Assembly: GCA_000934665.2 (NCBI GenBank)
Contig: JYFJ02002951.1
Location: forward strand, 1 to 48,542
Length of the DNA stretch: 48,542 bases
From: Catajapyx aquilonaris
Taxonomy: Eukaryota
Direction: 5' to 3'
A program made the position numbers and the translations under genes. Position 1 is the stretch's first letter. Each line of letters begins with the position of its first letter. Of the stretch, positions 23,901-35,445 are shown piece by piece. Under the pieces are notes generated by a model. The model was not told the origin of the DNA, searched no databases, and saw only the letters and a program-made list of their open reading frames with translations.

Positions 23901-26900
23901 TTTGGCGTTTCATTGTTACTGAAAATTATGCACGAGAAGCAAGTGAAAGAAACTGATGGTTTAAAAATAACTGGACAACCTGTCTCTCTTCATGATATTT
24001 GTTGTACTGTAAATTTAGGTGATAATTTTTATGACGTAATAATTCCCTTTGATGTGTGTCATTGTGTTTCATTTGTATTGTTGTAGCTGGCTGGAAATAA
24101 GGTGCAGGTTCTGCAATTGCATGGGAGGCTCCAGCAACATGAGCAACACCTGGTCTTTGACTCTCCAAGAGTGGGCTACCGAAAGGTGGTGTTTTCCACA
24201 AACAGTGCAGAGACATCTTTGACTATACCTGGGATTGTCTACGTGGTAGATGCAGGGATGGCCAAGGAATGCCGATACAATGCAATGCATAACACCTCCA
24301 GCCTTGTTCTTGGACCAATCAATCGCAGCTCTGCAGAGCAGAGGAAGGGCAGAGCAGGGAGGATGACTCCAGGGAAGTGTTTTCGCCTCTACTCTAAAGA
24401 AGACTATGAAGCCATGGAGGAAGCAATGGTCCCAGAGATACGCAGGACCCATCTTGGTCATGCCATACTTAGACTTGTGCAGCTTGGTGTTTCCAAGCCA
24501 CTGAAGTTTGACTTTCTGGAGAGGCCAAGTGAAGATGCTCTAGAAGCTGCCATGTCCAGTCTCACATCTTTAGGGGCACTTGCTTATTCTCCATATGGAG
24601 GTGTAGTCATGACAGCTGTGGGCAGAGATCTGGTGAAACTGCCCTTGCCCCCACCCCTAGGCCATGTTTTGTTGAGGGCCCTGGAGCGAGAAGAAGGAAG
24701 ATTTGAGGCCCTTTCATGTGTGTGTCTCTTGGGGGCTCTCAGTGGTGCTGTCTTTTTTAGAGCAGGTTCTGAGGAGCTCATCCAAGAAGCTGACTCGAGG
24801 AGGATGCCGTTCTGTCAATCCAGTGGTGACCTAATGACTTCCTTGGAAGTGTTTTCGACTTGGTGGCAACAGCCTGATGAACAAGCTAAGCGAAAGTGGT
24901 GTGGGACACACTATGTTAACGGGAAATCTATGAAGGTAACATCCATGATACTTTTCCCACATTGTCACAAAATGACAAAAATTTGAATTATTTTAGGCTG
25001 CCAGGGAATTGATGAAGGAAGTGGTGGATGTATTACGCCAGGAGTTTAACATAATTATTGAGCATAGCTATAACAATGACATTCAGCAAAAGATGATGAT
25101 ATGCAACTTTGTGTGTTGTCTGCTTGCTGAGACTCAGGTCAAAAACCTCTGTGTTTATCGAGGTAACCCTAGGATGGGGTACATTCTGGTAGATAATTGT
25201 GACATTGTCAAGATGCATCCATCATCATCATTCAGCTACTTGGGAAAACACCCTCAGTTCATTGTCTTTGATCAGGTTTGTACACTTTGCTCACTGTTTA
25301 AATGCTGCAGAAAATCTTGTGCATATTGTGAAATGAATTGCTTGGTCTAGGTTCTCAAGACAAGTCAAGATTTTATGCATGGTGTTAATGAAGTGAAGCA
25401 AGAATGGGTTGAGCGTCTGCTGATGGAGGGGAAAGTGTCGAGGGAGAAGCTGGATAGAGCCCAGGCTTTGTGTGTACTGACAAAGAAGTATCGAATAGGC
25501 TCTTGTTTTCTGATTATTATCAAGGATGTAAAAGCTGAATTGAACCAAATTCTGGCATCAGGTGACAACACTGATGATGGTGCAACCAGGTACAACCTCG
25601 ACTTTTCAAAGGTGAAAGGTATCCTGAAAATTGATACGACAGCATCAACCCAGAGCATTGTAAGTACAATGGTATATGATAATGGTTTTGTGGATTGTAG
25701 AGATATACAGTATAATAATTAATTCCAGATACAGCCATATTTAGATAAGGCCCTAATGGAATGTAAGGAACAAGTTCTGTCAAAGCAAAGGAGACACCCA
25801 CTAGCGGGACTGGTTCACATTACCCTTATATTTGGCAGTGGAGGAATTTTGGTGGATGTACTACTTCCTGGGGATTTCTTAGCCATTGACCTAGAGTCAG
25901 TTCCTCCTGAAACAACAGACACAGATGTTAAGAAATACTTTCCTGAAGCCACCTCCATTTCTACTTCGGAAGTAGTCAGAGAAGGGGAGAGTTCTGCCAG
26001 GAAAATGCACATAAAATTCCGCTCTGTGCTTGAAGCCAAGACTGCATTCCACAGGTCAAGCAACTTGCCATACAAAATAAAACCACATGGAGTAAGGGGA
26101 GGTCCCAGATTGTCAGCTGTGTGTATTCTGCACGTAGGGTGGGCCAGAAGGAAATGCACCGGAAGAGGGAACATCAAGTTTACCAATGTGGTTGACTTTT
26201 TCAATGCCAGATCTTGCCCTCCCAATATCTGTGTGACGAGTGCAGGAGGCGTCACAAGTATGGTAAAGTGGAAAATAAGCTTCAAAGAACCAAACTGCAT
26301 TTTTATACCTGGAGGTCTGCATCCCTTGACCACTAATGAAGACTTGACAGAGGCAGTTAAGAAATGGTTTTTTGGAGAGTTTGAGGAGGCTCCAAATGTG
26401 TATGTGCAAAGTGATCGTTCTGATGAGACACCTGAAGTAAGTGTGAAGAGGAAGTTAATTAATTATCACGGGAGTAACAGGATGCATGTTTACTTTCAGA
26501 TGGCCAAAAGAAAATTAGAAAGCCTTATAGAATGGGAAGAAGAGAGTGATACTCTAGTAGAAGTGTATGGTGGGGAAAGGTCATTGCGGTGGAAAGGAAG
26601 GGTGTACATTAATGATCCTTCATTAGGACCAGAGTTGTTTAGTCGCTTGAGCAGTATCAATGGTGTGGATATGGGCCTTGGAATCTGTGTGCCATTCACG
26701 TGCAAGCTGGAGGTACTGTAACATGTGCATGAAATTCTTTTTATAGGGTTCATTCAAGTCTGACTGTGAGCAATTTTTACTTTTTAGATGCAGGCTGACC
26801 ATTATTGCTCAAAAAGGGTATATAACAGTGTGAAGGAAGAAGTGGAATCTATGCTTCAGGAAATGAAAAAGCTGTTTGGAAAAGCAAGTTTACATGTTAC

Positions 26901-29900
26901 TTGATATATTAATTTTTATGCACATATATTTCATTACCTGTCATTTACAGGATACTGCAGAAAATTTGCGTGTGGAAGACAAAGAAATGAGAAATGGAGA
27001 AACTATGTGTTTGAAGATAATTGCTTCTAACAATAGCCTACTTGGCAGGGCCTCTTATGCACTTGGGAATATTCTATGTGGTACGCTGGACTCCCTCCCC
27101 CCTCCACACACACACACACACCCTGAACCACTTTTCACATTCATACCCTTAATATTATATTGAAATTGCTTTTGCAGGAGAGCATTTTCCATATGTTGGG
27201 AAACCAATCCTTGCAACTCTAGTGGAAAGTTTAGAAGACAGCAATGATGGCTTGCTAAAGAAAGTTCAACTTGATACCAGTACTACAATGCAGGTTGACA
27301 GTAGGAAGAAGCTTTTGATGATATTTGGTACCAAAACTGCAATTTCAAAAGCAACATGTGAGATAAACAAGTATGTATGCTAGTTTTTTTTTTGTTATCC
27401 CGTGATAGGGCTCGAGGCCCTCTTTGGGGGGAAGGGGAAGTTCCCAGGGGAGGGCGCCATGAGATAGCCATTTCTGACATTCTTTAACACCAGGCCTTTT
27501 CTCCTGGCCCCGAGCAGAGAAGGGAGTGCAATTCTGCTCCAGCATGTCGGGTGAAAAGCGGAAAAAGACCCAGCCAAGCAGAGGTGACGGGGACGGGATT
27601 TGAACCCGGCCTCCCACTTGGCTGGCCAGTGACGTAACCACTAGACCACCATGCTGCCCTCATATGTATTCTAGTTTAAATTAATGATTTTATACAGGGA
27701 CTTGCTTCACTCACATTTTTCTATGGTGCAGGCCTAGAAAGCTATTCACTTCGGTCACTTGTGTCAAGGCCTGCAGCCTGTGGTGGTGGAGGCTGTTTTG
27801 TTAAGCCATGTTTGCATGTGAGTGATATGATCAGTGTTGTCATTCCTCAGCGATTAATCCAATTGTGTGGGGTGAAAGTAACAATCATGGTAACCATTTT
27901 TGCTCCAAACAATTGTATTCATCTCCCAGCGATGACATCTCTCAAATCGCTCACGTGTAAAAGCGGCTTTAATTGCTTCGGGCGTAGCCAGTGATGATGC
28001 CCATGGATCAAACAACCATGCCTAAACTCCCCTCCACCCACCCCCTGTCTCCTCCCAAGGTGCAAAGTAGTGCTGATGATGGATCTGATTGTGGCTCCAA
28101 TGCAAGATGGCCAAGTGAGTCTACGGCATGGTCTATGGAATGTTTTGTGCAACAATAGAAGGCACTTGTATCCCCCACCCCTGTTACTATGACTCTGTCT
28201 CCCCCTCTCCCACCCCCACACTCTACCGCCAAATAGAATCGAACATTGAATCGAACGTTTGAACATCGACCACTGAAAACAAAATTGGCTTGAAAACCTC
28301 TGCGTTCGAATGGTGGCTGTGCCATTGGTTCTAATGAATCTTCTAAACTCTAAAGCAGTTACATCAATATTATGGCATCATTCGAAAAGTCATACGTACG
28401 TTTCTACACCCGTGCATATGGCCATACCCAGAGACCAATTCAGCAAACCGTCGCATCACGACGCTGCAAAGGAGGGAAGGGTGGATGGGTCGAGGAGGGG
28501 GAGGGGTTGAGGGGATGGGGAGAGCCGCCACCCGAGATGTGCACCTGTCGGGAATGTCGGAAATGAAGAGGTCCCACCCCCATTGCACATGCTCGGAACG
28601 AGGCCTAATAGGAAGGTGGCTGCAACAATATGAGGCAGACCAATCAGAGAGCATATAACCATGCACGTCCATTACGATTTCAATATGATAGATAAACACA
28701 ATGATCTTTAATAATTGGCCTAGTTTGAGTTAATCTCAAATCACTGAACTAGTGAACAAGTAGTACAGCTTGAGGGTGATTTATCTTGAAACCCAACTTA
28801 TTAAATAGCAAATTTTGGTATTGATATTGTATGTTAGTGGGAATTTGGTTTAAGGGTCATGGGAAAATTCATGACTAAGGTAGCCCCATCGAATGTTTCA
28901 AGAAAGTTGGGCTTGAAGAGTAGAATAAGTCATATGCATTCTTTTTTTTCATGCATTTTTAAATCATTGGGACATTTTAATGCTTGTTATTGTTGTTGGA
29001 CCACCCCATGTAATTGTTTCTTCATATTACCAGAATTATGGACAGCATAGGAGATGAAGGAGTGAAAGAAGAAGTGATAGTTGTGACTTCTGGAACCATT
29101 ATAAGGTCCTTGCTAGCTCAGCAAGGTCCAACTCTGCCAGAAGTGGCAGCTAAGGCTACGGCAAGCAAAGTTCGCATGCAGCTGTACCCAAAGCCAAGTG
29201 TACATGTCATTGGGAATCCGGATTCTATCCAAAAAGTACTGAACTGCCCCTATATTATTAGAGAACAGGGGTGGGTTTTTCATCTGCCTGCTAAAGTTAG
29301 CAGATTACCTGCCAAAAATGGGAATCCAGAAAACCCATGAGAATCGTCAAGTAGATTTAGCAGCAGGATTAAAAACTCACCCAAATTTTTACGCAAAATG
29401 ATTTTCCTTTTTTTTTTGTCAATAGTGTGACTGAATGGATATGTCTAGCCATTTCCTAATTCCATTACTAAATAGCCATTTTACTGTGTGAAAAAACATG
29501 TTTGAAGGTTGTGGAACCTATTCTACCATTTGCATTTTCTTAAAATCACTTCAGATTCGCCTTAGCTTTATTTTTTAATCAGTAGATCTTTTTTTGATAT
29601 GCTTGTCCTGCATAAGGCTTTCCCATTGATAAATAGAAACATGCAATTTCCCTTCTACATCGGGTGCTCATTTTCATGATTGAAATGAATTAGGTACTGA
29701 CATTACAAAATGAAAGAGTGACTTGTGACAGTATCAACAAATGATACTGGCAATTCAAGGTCTCAGTTTTGTCAGTACCCAAGTTCCTTTGTTGTGATCG
29801 TACTCCATGAAGTTAGAGGAAATGAAATCAGCAAAAACTTATTGAAGAAGCTGTGGATTCAGGTCCACAAGAACTGAATATACTTTGCCAGGTCTGCTGC

Positions 29901-30887
29901 AAGAAGATAGAATTGGGTTACAGACAAAATTGTTAAAACTCTTGAAGTACAGGGTTACTACTTGCTCTCTGAATGGATATGTTAAGTGAGGAATCTTTAC
30001 GAGTGTCTCTTTTACAGGTTAGACAGATGGTAAGCGAACTGGAGAGTCAAGTTCAGGACAGGGAAAATGGGGAAACAGAAGATGATCTGGAGTGTGGAAT
30101 TTGCTTTACTCCTGCAGAAAAATGTACATCACTTAATGTATGTGGACATGTGTACTGTGCTGAATGTGTCCAAAGCCAAATGGAAGCCTGTGATTTACCC
30201 CTCAAATGTGCTCGAGAGGTTGGTAGCCATATAATTGTGCATTTAACAGCTTATTAGTAAGAAGTGATACTTTATTTGCAGGAATGTAGGGAGGACTGGG
30301 CTGTAAAGGATATATTTGATATATTGGGCAAATTATCAAAAGATGCAGAAGAGAAGCTTACAAGAACTGCTCTGGAAAAATTGATAGGAATTCAAAATCA
30401 AGACAGCAATTTTCAGCTAAAACACTGCCCTTCACCTAACTGCACTGGACTTTTCCGCACAAGCATGCATTCTGATGGTAATGGCGCACGATGGAGATGC
30501 CCATTTTGTTCCAATATGCTCTGCACAAGGTTAGCCTATTTTGTAAATGCCTATTTAAAGGTCTAGTGTCGTTAACACATATAATAATGAATTCTTTGTT
30601 TATGCAGGTGTAAGGTACTCTTTCACCATGGAATGACCTGCAGTGATTATGCTTGCACACTTAACGATGAAGACTACATGTTTAAGAAATGGTTGCGTGA
30701 AGATCCTGACAACCGTAAGCTATGCCCTGTCTGCAAGACGTATGTTGAAAAAATTGATGGTTGCAACCATATGAACTGTGGAAAATGTTCTGCACATTTC
30801 TGCTGGAGGTGCCTTATTGTCAAGCCCACTGGAGGAGAAATATATGCTCATCAACCATTTTGTCGTGGAGATGTTCATATCCAGTAG
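20940..30887 (+). CDS. DEAH-box RNA helicase - HA2/OB - RRM/KH-like - RBR (RING1-IBR-RING2) E3 ligase fusion, ~1,700 aa (plant DEAH11/DEAH12-like architecture); exons 20940-21736, 22190-22784, 24087-24935, 24997-25275, 25351-~25671, 25729-26436, 26500-26712, 26788-26883, 26951-27080, 27179-27372, 29034-29235, 30018-30218, 30282-30529, 30608-30887
   Basis: Helicase motifs I AETGSGKST, Ia TQPRKIAA, II DEAH, III SAT, IV LVFL, V STNSAETSLTIPGIVYVVD, VI QRKGRAGR; OB-fold MHPSS; RING1 CGICF...CGHVYCAEC...PLKC; IBR CPSPNC...CPFCSNMLCTRCKVLFHHGMTC; RING2 CPVCKTYVEKIDGCNHMNCGKCSAHFCWRC. The frame stays open across all 14 exons. An acceptor at 20929 suggests a further upstream exon. Confidence 0.92.
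27395..27660 (-). mobile_element. tRNA-derived SINE, family A, in a helicase intron
   Basis: Minus strand GGGCAGCATGGTGGTCTAGTGGTT...GGCCGGGTTCAAATCCC (A and B boxes) followed by a body shared with 32805-32960. Confidence 0.8.
27801..27971. mobile_element. PIF/Harbinger-like MITE (same family as 46133-46319)
   Basis: TAAGCCATGTTTGCATGTGAGTGATATGA ... TCAAATCGCTCACGTGTAAAAGCGGCTTTA: imperfect inverted ends. Confidence 0.55.
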
Positions 30888-31985
30888 TACATAAATATGG
30901 CCTAACTACACAAATGTAAAGGTTCATGTGGTGTTATTTTACTAACCTGAGTAGGATGATTTTCAATATCATTGATAGGCCCTAATAATTATAACAGAAA
31001 ACTTGCAGTTACAAAACCTTTCACTGAACAAAAGGGTACAAACAAGTAAATCATGTATCTCTAATAAGACACCTGAGGCAGAGTGGTGCTGAGGAAATGC
31101 ATGCACCCATGGATGTAAGGATTCCTGGCTCTATCCCAAGCCCAAGTCGACAACTCTGTCATCTTGGGTGGAGTTGGGTCATTTCTGGCTTTGTCTCAGG
31201 TGGGATTCTTTGAGACTAACCACCTGGGGGAACTCACAAAATGGCCTTTAATCACATTGCACTTTTGCCTTGCATCTCCCTGTAAAATCACCCTGCCCTG
31301 CCCTCTGGAGTCTGGACGGGGCATTTTACGGTCAAAAATGGGCACACAAGGGACAAGAAATGTCTGTGCAAATATCCTCCTTGAGGTATGCACTGTACCC
31401 ATTTATTATTGTTATTAATAGATTCTGGATTTTTGGGTAAATGCCTATTTAGTTCCTGTACAGTTTGGTTTTGTGAAGAGATGATGTATTCGTTTCATAA
31501 GTGCAGGATGTGGAAAATGTAGGTTTTATAGTGCCTAAAATTGCCTATTGTGGTTTTTTGCGACTTTCGTGCCTGCGCTGCCTATTTTGGGATAGTTTTT
31601 GAAGCAATTTCAGTACTTTTTGGTCCTATTCTGGACCTATGTTTCTTCAGAGGCATGTTTGTTTTTTGTGAAGGATTTTATGTGCTCCTGAAAGGACCAC
31701 AATCATTCAAAGGAATTAGTTTCACTAATGAAAATCTAGAAAAAATCTGGTAATATACTGAACAAATGGAAACGGGCTATAAACGGTTGAGCCCAGAGCA
31801 AGTTATAGTTGCTTGCACTTGGTGTCTTTAGCCCAAGTTTTGTGATGTTCTGTCAGTTTATCATTGTTATTCCGTTTTTGCTCTGGTTTGTGACCTTATA
31901 TTTTGTACTTTAGGCATATCAAATTTGTCTAGCTATTTTTTATCTTCTGTAGCATTATCTCAATATGACTGCAAAAGTAAATTTT

Positions 31986-32060
31986 CTGTGCCTATTTCAT
32001 GGTTTTTTCGTGCCTATTTCAGGGTTTTTTCGTGCCTATTTCAGGGTTTTTTGTGCCTAG
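31986..32060 (+). repeat. 22-bp tandem repeat (~3.3 copies)
   Basis: Unit GTGCCTATTTCAGGGTTTTTTC. Confidence 0.7.
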
Positions 32061-32269
32061 TTATTAATAAGGGCGACTGGGAGACTGGCATGTTAATGGA
32101 AAGTGGAATGTAGAATAATTATGTTGTATGTGGTAGTTGCAAAAGATTTTTGGCCAATTTAATATATTTTAAACATTTTATTATAAGTTGGTGTAGTTGT
32201 AGTGTAATAATGGGGATAAGGAATTCTTGATTGTTGTATATTAGAGTAAGTAATGTATGTTTCCTAAAG

Positions 32270-32960
32270 GGGGGCATGGTGGTCTAGTGCAGGGGTATTC
32301 AAGTAGTTTATGACAAGGTCCACTATTTACCTTTCCTGGGCCATTCAAGGTCCGGACACCNCCCCCCCCCCCCGGGTAAAGATATGGATTTTATATTTTT
32401 ATATGGTACCACAGGGCTCATTTTTGAAAATAGAAACATGTGCAGCAAGGGTAGAAGGGTCTATCAAGACAGGACATATTAAGACATTTTCGCCCTTTAT
32501 GATGTACTGTACAGACGCGTAGGCAGAAAATTTCAGAGGGGACCTCATTTCATAAGCACAAGGGGAAGAAGCCGTAAAGGGCGGGGAGCAAGCCCGCCGC
32601 AGGCGAAATTTTTTGGGGGGGTAGAAGGTCACACGAGCTTAGGTGAAAGTGGGAGATTTGAATGGGTGTGTATTTGATAAAATTGGTAGCACTTTTTCCA
32701 AAAAAAAACATAAATTAGTGATTTCTAATGCTATTTCAAACTGTCCTGTATATCGTCGCGGTCCGGACAAAATTACGGCGCGGGCCGCCAGTTGAATATC
32801 CCTGGTCTAGTGGCTGTGCTACTGGCCAGCGAAGCGGGAGGTCCCGGGTTCAAATTCCGTCCCGATCACCTTTGCTTGGTCGGGTCTTTTTCTACTTTTC
32901 ACCCAACATGTCTGAGCAGAATTGCACTCCCTTCTCTGCCCAGGGCCAAGTGAAAATGTC
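32270..32960 (+). mobile_element. tRNA-derived SINE, family A, split by a hAT MITE
   Basis: The 5' head GGGGCATGGTGGTCTAGTG at 32271-32289 resumes at 32805 with GTCTAGTGGCTGTGCTACTGGCCAGC...CCGGGTTCAAATTCC. Confidence 0.8.
32290..32804. mobile_element. Non-autonomous hAT (Buster/Charlie-like) element, 515 bp
   Basis: TIRs CAGGGGTATTCAA / TTGAATATCCCTG (12 of 13 match) and a perfect 8-bp TSD GTCTAGTG (32282-32289, 32805-32812) with central TA. Confidence 0.9.
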
Positions 32961-34537
32961 TGCTATTTAAGAGGGTCTGAAATGACTAAAAACTATTTAA
33001 GAGTGCCCTCCCTTGGGAACCTTGTATAAATCAGTAATTGTTTTGCTCCAAGAATTATACCAGATAATATTGACACATGAGTGCAGAAATTCAGTAAGAG
33101 AGAGGAGGAGTGTAGCATTCCGTGAGGGAGAAGCAAGATGCAGTGAAGCATATTTACGATACGAATAATTCTGCTGTGCAAAAACCTTCCGTACTGAACA
33201 AGTTTTTGTTATACTGTTGCCCGATTGCACCAACCGAAAGTACCGATCCAATAGCTCCTAATGGATCGTTAGGAGCCCATTTAATGTGTGCGAACGATCT
33301 GTTACGAGCTATCGAATCTGTAATTTCGTTGGAGCAATCAGGCATGTATGTGACAATATTACATTGATAACTCTCCTTTGGGACCAAGCCAGAGTTGTGT
33401 TAGGATGTGTTCACTATAGTCAGGGTCCATTATAGAGAGGTTTCACTGCATATGCAAGGTGTATTAGAAGATATTTTCACAGTAGGCTATACCAATTGTT
33501 TCCAAAGGTTTTCTCAAGTCTGAATATAGGTAAAAATCTTGCACATTCCACTCCTTGCTGTTGTCTTACCTGCAATTTAGGCATCTAGTTAAACACATTG
33601 GAAAGCTCACTTAATGCACTTCTCAATAATTGTGTGTATGATTCCACTCAAACCTTGGAGGAGAGGTCCAGGGGGTAAGAGGAAATTATTGATAGTTGTA
33701 GTTAGGTTTTTACCTATATGAATGTGAACCAACTTATAGACCATGTGGTATGTATAGTACATAGACTCCTATTGTTCCCTCCTATATGTTCACAATGCAT
33801 GCTAACAAAAGAGTATGTTATTTTGTAAAAATATGTGAAGTCTATCAGCCTTCTTTGGTTTCTGGCTGTGGCGCATTGTGAATTACATTTCAGTGTACTG
33901 TACAGTGCTTATATGCTGGCTATAATAAATTAAAAATAAAGTGGATAGCAATTCATTTTGGAGTGAACTCTGCATATTGTGTGCATGTCTTAAGTTGGAT
34001 TCCGTAGACCATGCGAAGAAGCATGAATTCATATGAATTTGTCTACAGCACCAATGAAGAGTCACGGACACCCTAGTTATCCCACATACTTTCACAGTAT
34101 TGTGCATTATAATGTGACAAGAGCAGCTCCTGTGGAAAAGACAATAAGGCAAGTGCATTTGGTATATACAAGACTGTAAAAACCGCATATGACTGGTAGA
34201 AGCATGTCACTGAGAGAGGTAGCACTAAATAATTATGCACCTGGTGAAAAATCTGTAGGCCCTACTGTATGTCAGAAAGCTGGGATTGTATTGTGCCTAC
34301 CACACATTGTAGTAGGAACTACAGTCATGTAGGCCTACTGTACTGTATTATAAAGTACTGGAATACATTGTAGTGTGTGGGGCAAGGAATTTATTGAAAT
34401 AAGTAAGGATGAGAACTGCTTCCATTATGGCAGAATGACCTCCAAAAAACTGAACATCATGTTGTATACTGTAGCGTAGCCTATCTACCTCTGCTAGATT
34501 AGTTAGCCATTATTACATTATAATTATTATCTTTGCT

Positions 34538-34760
34538 GGGCGACATGGTGGTGTCGTGGTTAGCGCCACAACCTTCCACCTCTGAGGTCGCGAATTCGAT
34601 CCCAGGTTCAGACAGAGGATACTTATGTGGATAGAGTTTCGATGGGTTCTCTCCGTATTCGCGTGGGTTTTCTTGGGGTTCTTCCGTTTCCTGCCACTAT
34701 CAAAATCCATCACAGCACAGGCAATGATTAAAGTCGGTTCACGAAAAGATGATCCCCTCA
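34538..34760 (+). mobile_element. tRNA-derived SINE, family B, with V-SINE-like central domain
   Basis: GGGCGACATGGTGGTGTCGTGGTTAGCGC (A box), GAATTCGATCCC (B box), core TTCTCTCCGTATTCGCGTGGGTTTTCTTGGGGTTCTTCCGTTTCCTGCCAC. Confidence 0.75.
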
Positions 34761-35445
34761 GAAAAGTTCCTAAGTCCACCTAAACTTCTCTGCAGACACA
34801 AAAAGCTATTTAACTTCTGAACTGATAAAAGTAGGCTTAACCCATTGGACAGGAAGACCTGATATCTGGTCATTCTCTAAGATTTTGTGACTGATAGGAC
34901 TTGAGAACTTTACATTTTCTCCTTTTATAACTGTTATAACAACAATAACCAACTTGTTTTGTGTTCTGCCATGTAATAGTCAAGGGAAAAATTGGCAAAA
35001 TACAGGAATTGATGACCTTTGGTTAGGTAATGAACAACATTATTATTTTTTGCTCTCATCATCAAATGTACCCATGACTTTCAAGTTTCAAGTCATACAA
35101 CACTGTAGGTATGGAACTGCACACGTCCAGCAGGGAACAAATCCTGGCCAGCCCCCTGATCCCATGTAAATTCTCATGTTTTTTATGATCAGGATAAGCC
35201 ACGTGGAGTGGTCAGCTAGTTAGATTTGTTCATCCTAAAATTCAATTTATATCCGTTTCTCGCCCATTTTTCTGGAAATACCGGTGCTACATTAGATGTC
35301 TAATAAGCAAGATAAGCCTATTGCTTGTATTGAGTATTATACGCACGTTTATTATTTACACTTCAACTACAGGTAATTTGTTTTAATTTAGTTTGAATAG
35401 TTTTAAAGATGCCTTGTTTGTCTTACGCGAGTCTCATGAGGAGTT

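Noticed and set aside
25815..26333. 172-aa antisense ORF within the helicase gene (and similar antisense ORFs over other exons)
   Set aside because: Shadow ORFs of real coding exons with no independent motifs.
20940..30887. Plant or microbial contamination as the source of the DEAH11/12-like gene
   Set aside because: It is contiguous with animal genes, has the same intron style, and its introns contain SINE and MITE families found elsewhere in the window.
31986..32060. CRISPR-like array
   Set aside because: Head-to-tail tandem units with no spacers, in a eukaryotic context without cas genes.
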